A stretch of DNA of 64,000 nucleotides from an uncultured Gammaproteobacteria bacterium (GCA_964349125.1 CAYGFH010000001.1:389408-453407), one strand, 5' to 3'; positions 34,805 to 45,706 are shown, counted from the stretch's first letter. Translations and numbers: made by a program. Notes: generated by a model not told the origin, from the sequence alone.

Positions 34805-37042
34805 TCATTCCTCACTCGTTCCTTCAGCTAGTTTTGCGAAATATTCATCCGGATTTTTCATAAGTACATCACGGGGTTTGGACCCCTCCGCGGGACCTAT
34901 AATCCCTGCTTCTTCAAGCTGATCGAGAATTCGTGCAGCTCGGGCGTATCCTACAGCCAATCGCCGCTGGAGTAGTGAAGCGGAGGCTTTATCATGCTGA
35001 CAAATCAATCGCACAGCTTCCTCAAACATAGCGTCATTTCCATCGCTCCCCTTGTTCGCTCCTCCGCTTCCTTTCTTTCCTGCGAGCGTTACTTTTTGAC
35101 TTGTGACTTCCTCAGTGTACTGGACAGGAGTATTCTTACTCTTTAGAAATTCGACAACCTTGTTCACTTCTTTTTCAGACACAAATGTTCCCTGTATACG
35201 GCTTGGCTTTGATTGATCTGCAGGGATGTATAACATATCTCCGCGACCAAGCAGCTTTTCAGCGCCCGGCATATCAAGCACCACACGGGAATCAATCATG
35301 GAGGATACGTTAAATGCCAATCGGGTTGGAACGTTCGCTTTTATAAGTCCTGTGATAACATCGACACTCGGCCGCTGTGTCGCCAATACCAAATGAATAC
35401 CGGTTGCCCGCGCCATTTGTGCCAAACGACAAATGGTATCTTCAACCTCGACAGGCGCGTACGACATAAGGTCGGCAAGCTCATCGATGAATATAACGAT
35501 AAACGGCATTGCCTGAAATCCGGATAACTCATTGAATCCTTCAATATTACGAACACCCACTTCCGCAAATTGTTTATACCGGTGTTCCATCTCTGCAACT
35601 GCCCATCGAAGCGCGGAGAGAATTTTATCGGGCTCAACGATAACAGGTGTCAATAGATGCGGTATGCCGTTATATCCCGTAAGTTCCACTCTCTTTGGAT
35701 CAACCAGAATCAGACGCACCTCAGACGGGGTTGTTCTGAATAACAGAGAAGTGATCCAGGTGTTTACGAGCACTGACTTTCCTGACCCCGTAGTACCGGC
35801 AATAAGCGCATGCGGCATCTTTCCGATATCTGCGATAACCGGATTAGCTGATACATCAAGCCCAAGAGCAACTGCAAGTTTACTTTTGGCCTTATGGAGC
35901 ACATCTGATTGAATCATTCGCTTAAATGTCACAAACTCCAATCCGCGGTTCGGAATTTCTATACCTACCAGATTCCGCCCCGGGATCGGCGCTTCTATAC
36001 GGACTTCTCCTGTTGGTGCCTGAAGTGCCAATGCCAAATCACTGGAAAGGGATGTAATTTTTGAAACTTTCGTACCAAGAGCAATCTCAATAGCGTACTG
36101 CGTCACCGCCGGACCTGAGTTTACCTCCGCTACATTTGCCTTGATACCAAAACTCTCAAGTGTCTTTTCAATAATTGTCGCGTTCTTCCTCACATCTCCC
36201 CTATCAGCCTTCTGACCGGGCCCATCAGACAGGAGTGATACCGGTGGATATTCCCACATTTTTGTATCAGGTGCACTGGAAATAGTCATGTCTTTTATCT
36301 TTAAATCTGACGATGAGGGGGCTTTAGCAAGATGGGGTACCATAACCGGCTTTGGCGGTACGTTTGGATTGGCCCCTCCGATCTGAATGGGAGTTGTTGA
36401 CGGCTGAATTTTTGATACCATCGGCTTATCATCCAGAGACATCCCTTTAATTTTCATCTGTCCGGGTTCTCTATCAAACCCAAACTCATCCTTCTTCGTC
36501 ACAAGGCTGTTAAGCCACTCACCTACTGACGTGGCGATTGTTTGTCCGCCCATGATCAGGAAGTTCACCATAGAATCCAGTGAAGAGTTAAACAGTAGAA
36601 TAAGCCCGATGACCAGAACAAATAAGTAAAACAGTAACGCTCCCTCGGTGGAAATTCGTTCTGCGGCAAATTGCCAAATTGTTTCACCGGCTACGCCTGC
36701 CTGTGTCACGCCCATAAGGGAAAAAAGTAATATACCAAGCCCCATGGGGACATTTGGCCGTCCGACGGGAGACTTAATCTTGAAGAGTAAAAAACTGAGC
36801 GTCACCAGAAACGGAGGTAGGCCAAACATGACCCAACCGATATGGAGCAGTAACTCCTCGCGAAGCGTGGTCAACAGTGACCCTTCCCCGAAAAAAGATA
36901 CTGAGATAATCGCAGCAAACAGCCAAAGCCAGATTGCCCCGACCGTGTACACGGTTTGTTGCTTTAGCTTTATCTGAAAGCCGCCGTGTTTTTTATATTT
37001 TCGTTTATGGCCACCCAAAACAGCATGTCGCTTTTTTGACAT
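34805..37042 (-). CDS. ftsK: DNA translocase FtsK/SpoIIIE
   Basis: N-terminal TM domain, Walker A (GTTGSGKS), FtsK motor motifs, and a C-terminal gamma winged-helix domain (LQRRLAVGYARAARILDQLEEAGIIGP). Confidence 0.9.
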   Translation of the reverse strand: MSKKRHAVLGGHKRKYKKHGGFQIKLKQQTVYTVGAIWLWLFAAIISVSFFGEGSLLTTLREELLLHIGWVMFGLPPFLVTLSFLLFKIKSPVGRPNVPMGLGILLFSLMGVTQAGVAGETIWQFAAERISTEGALLFYLFVLVIGLILLFNSSLDSMVNFLIMGGQTIATSVGEWLNSLVTKKDEFGFDREPGQMKIKGMSLDDKPMVSKIQPSTTPIQIGGANPNVPPKPVMVPHLAKAPSSSDLKIKDMTISSAPDTKMWEYPPVSLLSDGPGQKADRGDVRKNATIIEKTLESFGIKANVAEVNSGPAVTQYAIEIALGTKVSKITSLSSDLALALQAPTGEVRIEAPIPGRNLVGIEIPNRGLEFVTFKRMIQSDVLHKAKSKLAVALGLDVSANPVIADIGKMPHALIAGTTGSGKSVLVNTWITSLLFRTTPSEVRLILVDPKRVELTGYNGIPHLLTPVIVEPDKILSALRWAVAEMEHRYKQFAEVGVRNIEGFNELSGFQAMPFIVIFIDELADLMSYAPVEVEDTICRLAQMARATGIHLVLATQRPSVDVITGLIKANVPTRLAFNVSSMIDSRVVLDMPGAEKLLGRGDMLYIPADQSKPSRIQGTFVSEKEVNKVVEFLKSKNTPVQYTEEVTSQKVTLAGKKGSGGANKGSDGNDAMFEEAVRLICQHDKASASLLQRRLAVGYARAARILDQLEEAGIIGPAEGSKPRDVLMKNPDEYFAKLAEGTSEE

Positions 37043-37151
37043 GTACCTAGTATACGGTCTCCGGTCGACTATATCAACCGGATTTGATATAATACAGTAG
37101 TTCTGCCTAGTTTACCCCGCACGCGGCCTGCAGGCGGGGATTTTTAATTTT

Positions 37152-38975
37152 ATGGAAATACGAAATATAGCCATTATCGCCCACGTCGACCACGGTAAAA
37201 CCACACTCGTTGATGGTATGCTCAAACAGACCCACACATTCCGCGCCAACGAAGCTGAAATGAATCAGACAACGATTTTGGACAGCAATGATCTGGAACG
37301 GGAAAAAGGTATCACTATCCTGGCAAAAAATACGTCAGTCATGTTCGAAACGACAAAGATCAATATTATTGATACTCCCGGACATGCGGATTTCAGTGGA
37401 GAAGTAGAGCGAACCATAAATATGGCGGACGGGGCACTGCTCATCGTGGATGCAGCAGAAGGCCCGCTTCCCCAGACACAATTTGTACTCCAAAAAGCGT
37501 TGGAATTAAATCTAAAGGTCATCGTGTGTATCAATAAGATTGACCGTAAGGACGCACGACATGAAGAAGTGCTTCGGGAAACTGAGGAATTATTTCTGAG
37601 ACTGGCGCATCATGAAGATCACCTGATTTTCCCGGTCGTCTATGCGATTGGTCGGGAAGGTAAGGCGTGGGACTCATATCCGGCGGATATGAATGCTCCT
37701 GGAGATCTGTCTTCGTTGTTCCGAACTATCATACGTGAGGTTCCTCCACCAAAAACATTTGCTGAAAAGCCATTCAAAATGCTTGTTTCCACACTCGATT
37801 TCGATAATTACAAGGGAACATTCGCAATCGGCAAAGTCACACAGGGAATTATCAAACCGGGTCAATTTGTATTTCATATGAACGAACAGACCAAAAAAGG
37901 TTCATTCAAGATCGAACAGGTATTTACCAGTGTCGGCCTTTCCCGAAAAGAGGTCCCACAAAGCGAACCGGGAGATATTATTGCCCTGACCGGCAGCACA
38001 GATATGGGTATTGGAGATACTATTACAGACCCAGCCGATCCCGTGGGCTACCCAGCGATCAAACTGGAAGAGCCTACGCTGAACATTCTTATTGGGGCCA
38101 ATACCTCTCCGCTTGCAGGTCGCGAAGGCGAATTCTGTACTGCACGGCAGATTTATCAGAGACTGCTCAAGGAGAAACAAACCAATATTGGACTTCGAAT
38201 CGAAGAGAACCCAAATGGACAGGGATTTGTGGTATCCGGACGCGGTGAACTTCATTTGGCTATCCTTATCGAGAATCTTCGCCGTGAAGGATATGAGCTT
38301 CAGGTGAGTAAACCCGAAGTAATCGTAAAGGAAATAGATGGGATAAAACAGGAACCGTTTGAGGAAATCACAATCGAAATTGATACGAATTTAGTAGGTG
38401 TCATCACAGAAGAATTGGGAAAAAGGAGAGCAGAACTCACAGACACACATACCGATGAGCGAAATATCACACGGATGGTGTATAAAATTTCCAGCAGAAA
38501 TCTGCTCGGGTTCCGCAGTGATATTCTCACCAAAACACGTGGACGGGGAATTTTTGCCACGCAATTTATCGGATATTTTCCCCTAGCGCCACATATACCG
38601 AAGCTTCGAAATGGTGTGCTCATCGCATTTGAAACCGGAGTGGCAACAGGATATGCCCTTACCACTGTGCAATCCAGAGGCAGTGCGTTTATCGGACCGG
38701 GCGCACAGGTATATGAAGGGATGATTATTGGTATGAACCAACGATCAGAAGATATTGATATCAACGTCTGTAAATCAAAGAAATTGACAAATATTCATTC
38801 GGCAAATGCCGATATTGCGATACAGCTTGACCCACCGATGATGCTCACACTTGAACAGTGTCTGGATTTTATTGAAGATGATGAACTTTTGGAAGTGACA
38901 CCTGTCACACTGCGCCTTCGTAAGAAACATTTGAATAAAACCGCTCGCGTCCAGGCGGCACGAAGCTCAAACTAA
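37152..38975 (+). CDS. typA: Translational GTPase TypA/BipA
   Basis: NIAIIAHVDHGKTTLVD and DTPGHADF G-motifs in the BipA domain order; 607 aa. Confidence 0.9.
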   Translation: MEIRNIAIIAHVDHGKTTLVDGMLKQTHTFRANEAEMNQTTILDSNDLEREKGITILAKNTSVMFETTKINIIDTPGHADFSGEVERTINMADGALLIVDAAEGPLPQTQFVLQKALELNLKVIVCINKIDRKDARHEEVLRETEELFLRLAHHEDHLIFPVVYAIGREGKAWDSYPADMNAPGDLSSLFRTIIREVPPPKTFAEKPFKMLVSTLDFDNYKGTFAIGKVTQGIIKPGQFVFHMNEQTKKGSFKIEQVFTSVGLSRKEVPQSEPGDIIALTGSTDMGIGDTITDPADPVGYPAIKLEEPTLNILIGANTSPLAGREGEFCTARQIYQRLLKEKQTNIGLRIEENPNGQGFVVSGRGELHLAILIENLRREGYELQVSKPEVIVKEIDGIKQEPFEEITIEIDTNLVGVITEELGKRRAELTDTHTDERNITRMVYKISSRNLLGFRSDILTKTRGRGIFATQFIGYFPLAPHIPKLRNGVLIAFETGVATGYALTTVQSRGSAFIGPGAQVYEGMIIGMNQRSEDIDINVCKSKKLTNIHSANADIAIQLDPPMMLTLEQCLDFIEDDELLEVTPVTLRLRKKHLNKTARVQAARSSN

Positions 38976-39073
38976 CCATACGTAGGTCCGCACTCGCACC
39001 ATACAATGGTTGCCAACCTCACAGTACGCTCTGATTAATCATGGTACTATAAGAGTATAGAAGGGATCACACT

Positions 39074-39319
39074 ATGGCAACAAAAAAGAAAAATGACTCG
39101 TTCACTGTAAGCGGTGATGAGCTGCTCAAAAAGGTAAAAGAACTGATAAAAGAGGGTAATGTCCGGCAAATTACCATAAAAAATAAAAATAAAAAAACAC
39201 TCGTCATACTGCCACTCACCCTCGGCATTGTTGGAGCGGTACTCGCGCCAATGCTCGCCGCTGTCGGAGCCATAGCAGCGTTGGTAACAGAGTGCACAAT
39301 TACAGTTGAAAGAAAATAA
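39074..39319 (+). CDS. DUF4342 family small protein
   Basis: LIKEGNVRQITIKN....LPLTLGIVGAVLAPMLAAVGAIAALVTECTITVER is characteristic of DUF4342. There is a GAAGGG RBS. Confidence 0.55.
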   Translation: MATKKKNDSFTVSGDELLKKVKELIKEGNVRQITIKNKNKKTLVILPLTLGIVGAVLAPMLAAVGAIAALVTECTITVERK

Positions 39320-39564
39320 AGCACAGGCTGAGCACTACCTTCGAAAAACTCTGGCAGACTGGACAATGTGTCCGCCTCTTTCTGATTTATGCATGATGTA
39401 AGAGTAACAAAGATGATACGTTATTTTTGCATGTGTATCCAAGATTGCTACATCAAAAATCCAGTGAACTGAACAAGTAGCAAATCTCACATCGCGCTTT
39501 TTTCCATATAAATTTTACTTAGCACCTATGTAGGAGTACGATATCCGTAGATACGGAAAAATAT

Positions 39565-40437
39565 ATGGATATACAAATTTTGTTACAGTATGTAGCGGAT
39601 AATGTGTCTGATGCGGTCTATATCAAGGATCTGGAAGGTAAATATTTATTTTTAAATCGGGCCTCAGAATCCATAATTGGAAAACCTGCATCTGACGTGA
39701 TTAATAAGGATGATTATTATATATTTGAGAAAAGTAAAGCTGATATAGTTCGAGAGCATGATAAAAAAATCATCTCCGAAATAAACGTTCAGACCTTTGA
39801 TGAGAGCGTTGTTGCAGCTGACGGAGTACTGAGATCATATCATTCTACAAAGGGTCCCATTATAGATTCCAAAGGACATTTGATTGGCATTTTTGGTGTA
39901 TCTCACGATATCACTGACCAAAAAAATCTTGAACAAAAACTTGAAAATAGCATTACTAAGTGGCGCAGATTGTTTAACATACTCCCCGTTGGAGTCTCCA
40001 TATTGGATGAGAAAGGTGAAGTAATTGACCTGAATCAGACATTATGTGACAAACTAAAAATATCCAAAGATGAATTAACCAGCGGCAAACACCGACAACG
40101 GCGGTATATTCGAAACGATGGTAGCCCGATGCCTAAGGATGAATTCCCATCCGCGCGGGCACTTGCAGAAAAAAGAAATATTACACATGTAGTAATTGGT
40201 GTCGTGACAGAAAAAAATGAAACTATTTGGACGGATGTAAGCGCGTCCCCGCTCGAGGATTCCCATGGCGTAGTTATCGTTACAGAGGATATCACCGCTC
40301 AAAAGCAATTGAGAGAGCAGTTGGAGGAAAAAATTCTCGAATTAGAGCGAATGAATTCATTTATGGTTGGACGGGAATTAAAAATGTCTGAGCTGAAGCA
40401 GGAAATTGCCGATCTCAAACAAAAATCTTCACAATAA
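39565..40437 (+). CDS. Tandem-PAS sensor protein with C-terminal coiled-coil, no recognisable output domain
   Basis: Two PAS/PAC units (DAVYIKDLEGKYLFLNRA...; LPVGVSILDEKGEVIDLNQ...) and a terminal helical segment RMNSFMVGRELKMSELKQEIADLKQK. Confidence 0.6.
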   Translation: MDIQILLQYVADNVSDAVYIKDLEGKYLFLNRASESIIGKPASDVINKDDYYIFEKSKADIVREHDKKIISEINVQTFDESVVAADGVLRSYHSTKGPIIDSKGHLIGIFGVSHDITDQKNLEQKLENSITKWRRLFNILPVGVSILDEKGEVIDLNQTLCDKLKISKDELTSGKHRQRRYIRNDGSPMPKDEFPSARALAEKRNITHVVIGVVTEKNETIWTDVSASPLEDSHGVVIVTEDITAQKQLREQLEEKILELERMNSFMVGRELKMSELKQEIADLKQKSSQ

Positions 40438-42225
40438 TTAAACTTCAACTATTACAGGTACTATAAGGGGACTGCGCCCTGTCTCTTTGAGTAAAAACCG
40501 TTCCAAATTGTGTTCCACCTGTTTACGGACGAAATGCCAATCGATCATGACACCTTTTTTTAGCCGTAGTGAATCATTCACCACTTTTTTCGCTTTTGTC
40601 AGCAGGCCACCTGATTCCCGTATATAGACAAATCCGCGGGAAATGATGTCGGGTTCAGCCACAACTCGTCCTGTCGACTGCTCCATTGGGACAACAACGA
40701 CAACGATGCCATCAGTGGCAATTGTTTGACGGTCACGAAGCACAACCTCACCAACATCCCCCACTCCAAGCCCATCAATCATCACGTTTTCCAAATTAAC
40801 TGTCTGAACTACTTTCGGTGCCACTCCCTCTTTAAATTCCAATATCTCACCGACTTCGGGAATTAACACGCTTTTTTTGTCATATCCCAAATCCTGCGCC
40901 AGACGCCGATACTGCATCATGTGCTTATAGTTTCCCCCAATGGGGAGAACATAGGTGGGAGAGACGGCTGAAAGCATAAGCATCAAGTCTCCCTGACTCC
41001 CATGACCTGACACATGCAAATCTTCCATAATGTCAGAGTATGCCACCCGGGCTCCTTTTCTGTACAACTGTTCAATAAGGGCATTGATATTGTTTTCGCT
41101 TCCCGGAATTGGGTCGGCCGAAAATACTACGGTGTCCCCCTCATCAATGCTTACATATTTATGATCATTATTGGCAATTCGTGACAGAGCAGATCCGGTT
41201 TGCCCCTGAGCTCCTGCGACAATCAAAAATTGTTTTGTCGGAGGTACTTTCTTGAGGTCGCGGTCCCGCACAATAACGTCTCGCGGAAAGCGCATGTACG
41301 CAAGTTTCACGGATTCTTCGATGTTCTGATCCATGCTTCTGCCAAATATGGCAATTTTTCTTCCTGCGCGTATTGCCACTTCTATAGCCCGCTGAATACG
41401 GGCAATATTACTCGACTGTGTCGTAAACAACATCTTTCCGCTACAGAGGGCCATTTCTTTCTCCAACGTCACCCCGACTTTTTGCTCAGACGGAGTAAAT
41501 CCCGGCCTCTCACTTCCCAAACAGTCGGTAAGCATACAGAGGACTCCCTTTTTTCCCACGGCAGTTATTTTATCCAGATCAGACAGTTTTCCGTCGAGAG
41601 GATCAAAATCAAATTTAAAATCACTGCCATGATAGAGCACTCCAATAGGCGTTTTGATAATTAAATTTGCCGCATCAGGTACGGAGTGCGTGACGCGTGC
41701 GAATGAAATAGTAAATGGTCCGATGGTGAGTACGGTGTCAAAATCAACAGGCGTTACCTGTGTTTTTATTCCGCGATCTTTGAGCTTTAAATTCGCAAAT
41801 GCTGCGGTGAGTGTTGTCCCCCACATGGGAATCTTTCCTAATTTCGGATACAAATGCGCAATGCCTCCTATATGGTCATCATGCCCGTGAGTGAACACAA
41901 GTCCTCGTATATACTGCTTCTTATCCTCCAGATAGCGTACATCAGGTAGTACCAAATCGACACCATACATCTCAGCGTCAGGAAAACCGATCCCGCAGTC
42001 AACAATAAGAATATCTCGTAATTTTCCGTCGTAGCGATATTCATAGACGTACATGTTTTTTGTAACATTGCCTATGCCGCCCAACGGGAACAGTCTGATA
42101 CTTTCTTTTCCTGAAAGCACATGATGATCTCTGTGTTCTATCCGGTGTTGCTGTGCTGGAGATGGTGCTCGTGCTTTTCCTTCAAATATTGTGTGTTTTT
42201 TTCTTCCTGGATGTGCAAATACCAT
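40438..42225 (-). CDS. rnj: Ribonuclease J (metallo-beta-lactamase/beta-CASP RNase)
   Basis: HxHxDH motif (LVFTHGHDDHIGG), beta-CASP region and a C-terminal domain; 595 aa. Confidence 0.85.
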   Translation of the reverse strand: MVFAHPGRKKHTIFEGKARAPSPAQQHRIEHRDHHVLSGKESIRLFPLGGIGNVTKNMYVYEYRYDGKLRDILIVDCGIGFPDAEMYGVDLVLPDVRYLEDKKQYIRGLVFTHGHDDHIGGIAHLYPKLGKIPMWGTTLTAAFANLKLKDRGIKTQVTPVDFDTVLTIGPFTISFARVTHSVPDAANLIIKTPIGVLYHGSDFKFDFDPLDGKLSDLDKITAVGKKGVLCMLTDCLGSERPGFTPSEQKVGVTLEKEMALCSGKMLFTTQSSNIARIQRAIEVAIRAGRKIAIFGRSMDQNIEESVKLAYMRFPRDVIVRDRDLKKVPPTKQFLIVAGAQGQTGSALSRIANNDHKYVSIDEGDTVVFSADPIPGSENNINALIEQLYRKGARVAYSDIMEDLHVSGHGSQGDLMLMLSAVSPTYVLPIGGNYKHMMQYRRLAQDLGYDKKSVLIPEVGEILEFKEGVAPKVVQTVNLENVMIDGLGVGDVGEVVLRDRQTIATDGIVVVVVPMEQSTGRVVAEPDIISRGFVYIRESGGLLTKAKKVVNDSLRLKKGVMIDWHFVRKQVEHNLERFLLKETGRSPLIVPVIVEV

Positions 42226-42229
42226 ATTT

Positions 42230-43336
42230 TCAATAACTTTCTATAAATTGTTTTATATTACTTTCATCTACTACCACGCCGGTAGTTTTTCCTTCTACTA
42301 TCATTCTGGCGACCTTTCGACATAGCGTATTGATCGTGCGTTCCAGAGACCGGATACCGGCATCATACCCGAGAGGTCGTGCGATTTTTATCCACATCGC
42401 CTCATCTATTTTCAAATTTTCCTCCGTCAGTCCTGATTCTTTCAAAAGTGCTGGCATGACGTAGTTTTTGGCAATCGTAATTTTTTCCTGGTCGGTATAC
42501 GAAGGCATTTGAATCGGTTCCAACCTATCCATGACAGCGGTCGCTATATGCGTCGTGTTGTTTGCCGTGGCGATGAACATACATTCAGACAGATCAAACG
42601 GATAGTCCAAAAAATGATCGGTAAACGATGCGTTTTGTTCAGGGTCGAGCAGTTCGACAAGAACACCCATAATGTCCCCGCGCGCATGTTCTGCGACACG
42701 GTCAATTTCATCGAGCAGTATGACGGGATTGCGACTTCCGGCATACCGAAGGCCTTTGAGAACCAATCCAATTTCAGCATCGGGTCTCACACGTGACTGT
42801 CCGCGTAAATCCAAGGCGTCACTCATTCCTCCAAAAGGAATACGGACAAACCGTCGTCCCATTGCCTGCGCAATCGATTTTGCCAATGTTGTTTTTCCTG
42901 TTCCCACAAGCCCCACAAGACTCAGTATGGGAGCACGGCGGGCGAGCATACTGTGAGACAGTTTCGCATCCTTAAGCTCGGTATCGCTCTTTGCAGCCTC
43001 TTCTTCTTTTTGCCATCTGTCACGGTTCAATTTTAAAACTGACAGGTATTCCAAAATTCTGTCCTTCACCGGCTGCAGTCCGTAATGATGCTTTTCCAGG
43101 TAATCTTTCGCGCGATTAAGATCCAATTGATCCTCCGTGCGTTCATTCCATGGCAGACTAACTACCCAATCAATGTATCTGAGCATCTGCTCCACATGAA
43201 CTCGAGCTGATATGTCGTTTTCTAAGCGTACTATTTCTTCAAGTGAAGATAATACACGGGACTCCAGATCAGGAGGCACCTTTGTCTCCCCAATTCGCTT
43301 ACGGTACATGGCCACATCATCCAACAACTTTGACAT
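42230..43336 (-). CDS. Lon-family AAA+ ATPase module lacking the N-terminal LON domain and the protease domain
   Basis: Walker A LVGLVGTGKTTLAKSIAQAMGRRFVRIPFGG, then VILLDEIDRV, LDPEQNASFTDHFLDYPFDLSECMFIATAN and RSLERTINTLCRKV. These align with the Lon AAA+ alpha/beta and alpha subdomains. The ORF ends right after the AAA+ alpha-subdomain, 5 nt before rnj. Confidence 0.6.
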   Translation of the reverse strand: MSKLLDDVAMYRKRIGETKVPPDLESRVLSSLEEIVRLENDISARVHVEQMLRYIDWVVSLPWNERTEDQLDLNRAKDYLEKHHYGLQPVKDRILEYLSVLKLNRDRWQKEEEAAKSDTELKDAKLSHSMLARRAPILSLVGLVGTGKTTLAKSIAQAMGRRFVRIPFGGMSDALDLRGQSRVRPDAEIGLVLKGLRYAGSRNPVILLDEIDRVAEHARGDIMGVLVELLDPEQNASFTDHFLDYPFDLSECMFIATANNTTHIATAVMDRLEPIQMPSYTDQEKITIAKNYVMPALLKESGLTEENLKIDEAMWIKIARPLGYDAGIRSLERTINTLCRKVARMIVEGKTTGVVVDESNIKQFIESY

Positions 43337-43504
43337 ATATCTATAGTACCATCATTACAGCGGCAAACGAAAGAAACAAGTCAGTTCGAGAGAAAGTGTA
43401 CGGATGGAATGCACATTCGACATACCCACGCACTCCGATGTCATACCGGAGACTACGGGATACAGAAAATCGAGTTTGTTTTCAAACCTGTGCTCCGTCA
43501 ACGA

Positions 43505-45706
43505 TTAAAATCGTCGTGGTCCGCGATTAAATGGACGTCGACCACCTCGGTCTCCTCCACCTTCTCGCCTCTCACGTGGTGGCGCATTTTTTGCATCATC
43601 ACCAAAGAGCATCGAAAGGTTTATGCGCTTCTGATCATCGATTTCCATGACACGTACTTTCACTTTTTGTCCAAGTTGTACAACATCCGTCGGGGCGCTG
43701 ACAAACTCAGTGGACATTTGCGATACGTGAACCATACCTTCTTTACCAGGCAAGATTTCCACGAAGGCACCGAATGGAAGAATCCGCTTCACTTCACCTT
43801 CGAATTCTTCTCCGGCTACAACTTCACGGGTTAATCCTTTTACCCATTCAACTGCTTTTTGTACAGATTCATCACTGATACCGGACACCATGACGGTTCC
43901 GTCATCTTCAACATCAACAGTCGCACCGGTTGTTGCAATGATTTGTTTAATCATGCGACCTCCGGGTCCGATAACTTCACCAATCTTTTCGACCGGAATT
44001 ATCACTCGGGTAACTTTTGGTGCATACTGTGAGAGTGACGCTCTTGGAGTAGCAATCACAGATGTGATTTTTTCCAGAATCTTCATTCGTGCAGTTGTTG
44101 CCCGGGCGAAAGTTTCCTTCACCATCTCATCTGTTAATCCATCAACTTTGACATCGAGTTGGATCGCTGTTATGCCATTTTTTGTTCCGGCAACTTTGAA
44201 ATCCATGTCTCCGGCAAAGTCTTCGATGCCAAGGATATCAGTTAACAGTTCGTATTTATCTGTCCCGTGATCCTTATCGGTCATAAGACCGATTGAGATT
44301 CCGGCGACCGGCTCCTTTATAGGAACTCCTGCGTCCATAAGTGCCAACGTGGATCCACAAGTGGATGCCATAGAGGTAGAACCGTTACTGCTCATAACCT
44401 CTGATACGAGGCGAATTGTATACGGAAATACTTCCTCAGATGGGATAACAGCCAGAAGTGCCCGTTCGGCAAGTGCACCGTGTCCGATTTCCCGGCGATT
44501 CGGTGTGCCAAAACGTCCTGTTTCTCCTACTGAATACGGAGGCATGCTGTAATGATGGATATACCGCTTTGATTCTTCACCCATTGGACTCTCTATCAAC
44601 TGTTCGAGTGATGGAGTACCAAGAGTTGCGACAGTCAGCACTTGTGTCTGTCCGCGACTAAACATTGCGCTTCCATGTGTGCGGGTCAACAATCCGACGG
44701 CGGCATCAAGCTCTCGAAGTTCATCGAGTTTTCGGCCATCAAACCGCTTACCCTTTTCCAGGATGTCGTTTCTCACCTGCTTTTTGAAGAGCGCATCGAG
44801 CGCTTCTTCAATTGCTTTGAGCGTATAAACATTTTCGTACGCTTCCATTATGACTTTAGCCAGTTCAGCGACTTCGGTTCCGCCAAATTCTTTTTCAGCC
44901 TTTTTGGCAAATGCCGCTGCCATTTCTTTGGCATAGTCAGCCGCTATCTTTGCTTTCAGTTCATCTGTTTTTGTCGTTTCCCCTGCGGCATCTTTGGTTT
45001 TACCCACTTCTTTTGTTAATTCCTCAATTAATTCTATGACTTTTGCATTTGCTTCTTTTGCCTTTAAGACTGACTCATAGGCAATTGCATCAGGAGTTTC
45101 ACAAAATCCACCTTCAAGCATATGCACTTTGTTTTTTGTGGAGGCAATTATGAAATCAAAATCACTGTTTTCCTGTTCGGTTGCTGTTGGGTTTACCACA
45201 AACGAACCGCCTTCACCTTCCACATTTTTCACATACCCCATGCGGACGGCAGATACAGGACCTGCCCATGGAACAGAAGAAATGGAAAGCGCTGCTGATG
45301 TGGCAACGAGTCCCAACACATCAGGATCATTTACTCCATCAACAGAGAGTACTGTGATGATTACCTGGACGTCATGCTTGTATGACTTTGGAAATAACGG
45401 TCGGATAGACCGATCAATCACACGCCCTGCAAGGATTGCGTCATCAGTTGGCCGGCCTTCGCGCTTTACCCACCGAGAACCTTTGATACGACCACCAGCG
45501 TAGAGTCGCTCTACATACTCAACACTGAGTGGAAAATAATCGAGAGCCGTTTCTTTTGAAGAAGCGGTCACTGTTGCCAGCACCATGGTTTCACCATATT
45601 GTGCGAGCACAGCTGAGTTTGCCTGTTCGGCAAAACGACCAACTTCAAGAGAGAGTGTACGACCACTGAGTTCTATGGTTTTCTTAACCAATGCATGTTT
45701 TGACAT
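43505..45706 (-). CDS. pnp: Polyribonucleotide nucleotidyltransferase (PNPase)
   Basis: Two RNase PH domains plus KH plus S1, with an RG-rich C-terminal tail; 733 aa. It is immediately downstream of rpsO, which is the conserved rpsO-pnp arrangement. Confidence 0.95.
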   Translation of the reverse strand: MSKHALVKKTIELSGRTLSLEVGRFAEQANSAVLAQYGETMVLATVTASSKETALDYFPLSVEYVERLYAGGRIKGSRWVKREGRPTDDAILAGRVIDRSIRPLFPKSYKHDVQVIITVLSVDGVNDPDVLGLVATSAALSISSVPWAGPVSAVRMGYVKNVEGEGGSFVVNPTATEQENSDFDFIIASTKNKVHMLEGGFCETPDAIAYESVLKAKEANAKVIELIEELTKEVGKTKDAAGETTKTDELKAKIAADYAKEMAAAFAKKAEKEFGGTEVAELAKVIMEAYENVYTLKAIEEALDALFKKQVRNDILEKGKRFDGRKLDELRELDAAVGLLTRTHGSAMFSRGQTQVLTVATLGTPSLEQLIESPMGEESKRYIHHYSMPPYSVGETGRFGTPNRREIGHGALAERALLAVIPSEEVFPYTIRLVSEVMSSNGSTSMASTCGSTLALMDAGVPIKEPVAGISIGLMTDKDHGTDKYELLTDILGIEDFAGDMDFKVAGTKNGITAIQLDVKVDGLTDEMVKETFARATTARMKILEKITSVIATPRASLSQYAPKVTRVIIPVEKIGEVIGPGGRMIKQIIATTGATVDVEDDGTVMVSGISDESVQKAVEWVKGLTREVVAGEEFEGEVKRILPFGAFVEILPGKEGMVHVSQMSTEFVSAPTDVVQLGQKVKVRVMEIDDQKRINLSMLFGDDAKNAPPRERREGGGDRGGRRPFNRGPRRF

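Noticed and set aside
38976-39073. Possible small RNA between typA and the DUF4342 gene
   Set aside because: I could identify no conserved structure or promoter-terminator pair by eye.
43890-45503. Antisense ORFs within pnp
   Set aside because: Same reasoning. pnp is intact over its full length and these lie in its shadow frames.
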